A stretch of DNA of 64,000 nt from Tubulanus polymorphus (taxonomy: Eukaryota; Animalia; Nemertea). Location of the stretch: the NCBI RefSeq assembly GCF_964204645.1, contig NC_134029.1, positions 5,332,001 to 5,396,000 on the forward strand. Reading direction: 5' to 3'. The position numbers and the translations under genes were made by a program. Positions 60,501 through 64,000 of this stretch are shown piece after piece (the stretch's first letter is position 1; each line of letters opens with the position of its first letter). The notes beneath the pieces were generated by a model. The model did not search any database. It was given only the letters and a program-made list of their open reading frames with translations, and was not told the origin of the DNA.

Positions 60501-63500
60501 TGCAGCTAATGTGAGATGATAGTAAATAGGGCATCAGGCTGCTTATTCAGAATCACACTATTGTGAATTGACAAATGTATAAAAAAAGCAGGAAAAGGAG
60601 GTCAAAGCCGGATAGTAATCAGAAAGTAAAACCATAGACCTATTTCACAACCCTTCAAACAGCAGAATAGGATTAGTTTTACTCATAAATGATGCACCGT
60701 AAAAAGTGTTGGATAATAAACATTGCTGTAAAAAAGTTCCTAACTATCAGGTTTTATGCGACAAAAAATTCTGCCAATACATATTCTGATATTCAGAGGC
60801 CTAACTCCAAAACTATGACATCGTCGAAGGAAGTTGAAATACAAAGTTGACAGTTTTATCTATAGATCAAGCAGCGTAGCATCGATTCACCACCCAGTAT
60901 TTTTCAATGATCGATTAAATTCCAGAAATATCTGGTGAACAAATAGATTTGTTTTAATATCATCTGTAGCGCTGTTTTTGGAGAGCAGTGAATCAGTAAA
61001 TAAAATCCCACACACCTTCACTACATGAAAACAGTTGGTATAAATACAACCAGCTGTAGATATAGCGTATAGACTTCTCAGCTTTCCAAACTTCATCTCT
61101 GCCTCTCTCTCTTTTTGCCGGTAGGCTTGAGTCTTTTGTTCTTCGAGAGGGGAGAGGTATTTCATGAGCATATAGCTGGACGAGATAATTTCTTTCAGAA
61201 GTCTCGTTCCAAAAGACTGCAGGGAATTTAAATGAATGTCAAATTTAAGAAGTACAATTCTCGCTGAGGTTTTACCTAACTAGCCTGCTAAACTAGTTAT
61301 AGCAATAACCTTGCCAAGTTTTACCCAATTAACATTGTGAATACGATTTCATGATACTCAAAATTCCATTTTTTTGGACCATGAAGTTTACCAAAATTAA
61401 AGCATTTGGATGGGTGAAAGGAAGAGGCATCAAATTCAAATTGATTTGTCAAAATATCTCCAGAGATTATTTGATACAATTTGATGCGATTTAAAGATGG
61501 CGGACTCACAGTTTCTTTTTCACAAGAGTTTCTGCCATTCAATGAACATGGACAACTCCCACCAAATCCACGATAAGTGAACTATCAAATGGAAAACCCT
61601 TTAAAAGCTGCCCCTAGCTTTTGGAGAACTGATCAAAATGGTCATAAACTGAATAGAAAGTGGCCCTCATGTGTTGTTGAAAATAAAAGTCAATAACCAG
61701 GGGCAGTATTTTCTTGTCAGCGGTTTGACCAAATCGTCAAATTTATCCTGTTGTGCAAATCTGATATAATTAGAAGACATGTGCCTAGCAAATTATGATT
61801 AGAGAAATCAAATCTGATTTGACAGGATAAATTTGCCTAAGATTTTAACAAATGTTTTTTAGTCTACTGTGTGATTTATACTTACTTGTGCTTCTAATTG
61901 CTTGATGGGAATCAAAACAAGTAATTAAAATCACTAAAGCAATAATCCATCGACCCCCAGTTAATTCCAGTTCATTCATTATTGTTTTTAAATCCAGGGA
62001 AGGTCGGCCCTGTTAAATCCAAACACTCTTCGCCTGATGATAATCACTGCACACTAAGGCAAAAACTATAAATCCATTATCATTCGAGTTCCTACAATAA
62101 AATCAGTGATGAGTATTGGTCACTTGAGAACAGTTGAATCCAATTAGTTAAAATAATGCAAATTGATTTTCAATTATTTGGGACAAGACTCGAAATGACA
62201 GTTGCTCTAGTTGAAGTCGTGGTTGTACAAGAACACATTTTATGTGATGAAGGCTTCTCTAAAGTACAGACTGACCAGCAGTTGACACATGACAAATGAT
62301 GAAATATGAAATTCTTTATTTAGCAACTTGCTTGATTTGCAAGATCAACAATGACATGACAATTGACATGACAATAAGGTGCTAATTTTAATTGCAGCCA
62401 CCAAACAACGAATGAAGCCGAAACAAGTACGATGAAGTGACTTGTGATATTTCATTCATTCAATCAGGCGAAATGATGAGTCAAAAGCCACAATTACTCA
62501 AATAATCAGGGCTATTTCATAATCCTTGCATCAAGCAACTGAAATTCTTATCACAATCAACATCAAAGCAGGGCTACGATTTCCGAAAATTTCTAAAACA
62601 AAGGTCCGAATCACCTGAACACATTTTTATTAATTGAATTAATTAACTGGTCCTTTCAGTTTCAATTCTTTTCTTTTTTCGTTAATTTTTTGAGTGGCAA
62701 GGGCCATATTTCCACGTTGTGTCCTTGCGTTACACAACAACATTGATTCTATTCGATTTGAGGAATTCTGATCGTATTCTGAAAAGCACTCACCCATTTT
62801 CACGCACCAATGATAAACCAAAACTGTAAGTTCCACTACTATCAATCATCGATACATCGTTGGCCGTGGATCACTGATCACTGAATCGCGTCCTGAAAGT
62901 TGTAGACAGTTACAAACTGCGTCATCCTCCCGCTGTCAGTCTATTCTAACACCAAGATTTAGCGGGGAAGGAGTTCCATTATCAGAATGCTACTACAGTG
63001 ACACCGCCTCTGGTAGGTGAATAAAAGTTACAGCCTCTGGCAATTGAGTGCAATTAAATCAATTTATTACATCGGAATAGTGCAATTTGTCGGAAAATAT
63101 TAAATGGTGTGCGCCTAATAACAGTATGAACATTATCAAAATTTTCAACTCATTGAGAGGATACCCCAACTCTGTATTCTATTGACAACCATCTCAAGGC
63201 AAGCGAGGTAAGCTAATCCGATAGATGTCGCCAAAATCTTCAAAATGGTTGGTATTGCTATCATTAGTTTGCAATTTTTGTAAAAAATATTAACATTCGT
63301 AAGGCCCCTGGTGCATCAGCAGTAAATTAGTACTAGATAATGATTATTCTCGCTATTCCATACAATATGAGATATTTTCCATTGTCCTAAGAGAATAAAA
63401 AATGTAGAAAATTGCTCGAAAACGGTCATTCGGTGCCAATCTAACCAATGTCCAAGTCAAATTCAATTTTATTGCAATTATAGTTGCTGTGATATCTGGG

Positions 63501-63688
63501 TTTGGTTGGGTGAATATAGTATTTTTCCACAAAGTTTTAGACTTTTTAATCTCTTTCATAGATATGATTGGACAGATAATTGTCATTGACATGCTGCTGC
63601 CCGGAGCCGGATGGGGGATGCGATAGATCTAGAGAGGGCCATGGCGGCAGGGGTACTAAATAAGTCAAGAATTCTTGTTATTTTACAG

Positions 63689-63941
63689 GATCCAAGTATG
63701 ACAGGAGATGTGTGCTCTACAGTACCAGCCAGACAAGGGCCATTCGGTATCAATGAAGCCATGTGGAATGGGTAAGTTAGATTTCTATTGAATTCTAGCT
63801 GCCGAAAATGCACTTATTACACTTATTACTTTCGTTCGTCTGTGATACCTGGTCAACAATTCTTTTTCACTATTTTCCAGTCCACACAATGTAGAATCAG
63901 ATCTTACGTGTGTACATCCATTACAAGCATCCGAACAACAG
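63689..63941 (+). other. Candidate spliced plus-strand unit (two exon-like segments), function unknown
   Basis: ttattttacag|63689-63771|gtaagt and tattttccag|63881-63941|gtcagt splice into one open frame, DPSMTGDVCSTVPARQGPFGINEAMWNGPHNVESDLTCVHPLQASEQQ. No recognisable homology. Confidence 0.35.
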
Positions 63942-64000
63942 GTCAGTTGGGATTATTCCATAAGTCTGTCTAGATTGTGGTTAGAATTTGAAATTAAGAT

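Overview
This is AT-rich animal genomic DNA with many short GT-AG introns; an invertebrate, probably lophotrochozoan, source is my inference. I reconstructed four multi-exon protein genes by hand, with splice phases consistent throughout. They are CHD1 (minus strand, runs off the left edge), a TTC24-like TPR protein (plus, about 954 aa, with EPIYA-type tyrosine motifs and a polybasic CaaX end), RFC3 (plus, 355 aa, one GC-AG intron) and a 7-Ig split-kinase VEGFR/PVR receptor (minus, signal-peptide exon not found). Introns and intergenic DNA hold many non-autonomous elements: a foldback element just upstream of RFC3, a Helentron-type HINE with 154-bp repeats, piggyBac-, Merlin-, Harbinger- and hAT-like MITEs, and a SINE. 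The most unusual signal is in the 4.3-kb CHD1 intron. Three in-frame cassette-exon candidates there each supply a different basic half of the conserved R..(V/I)S|YKE motif just before the chromodomains. Other leads are a chain of three abutting uORFs in the CHD1 leader, candidate microexons, and CTCF-like sites spaced 154 bp apart inside the HINE. All exon models come from sequence only, without transcript data.
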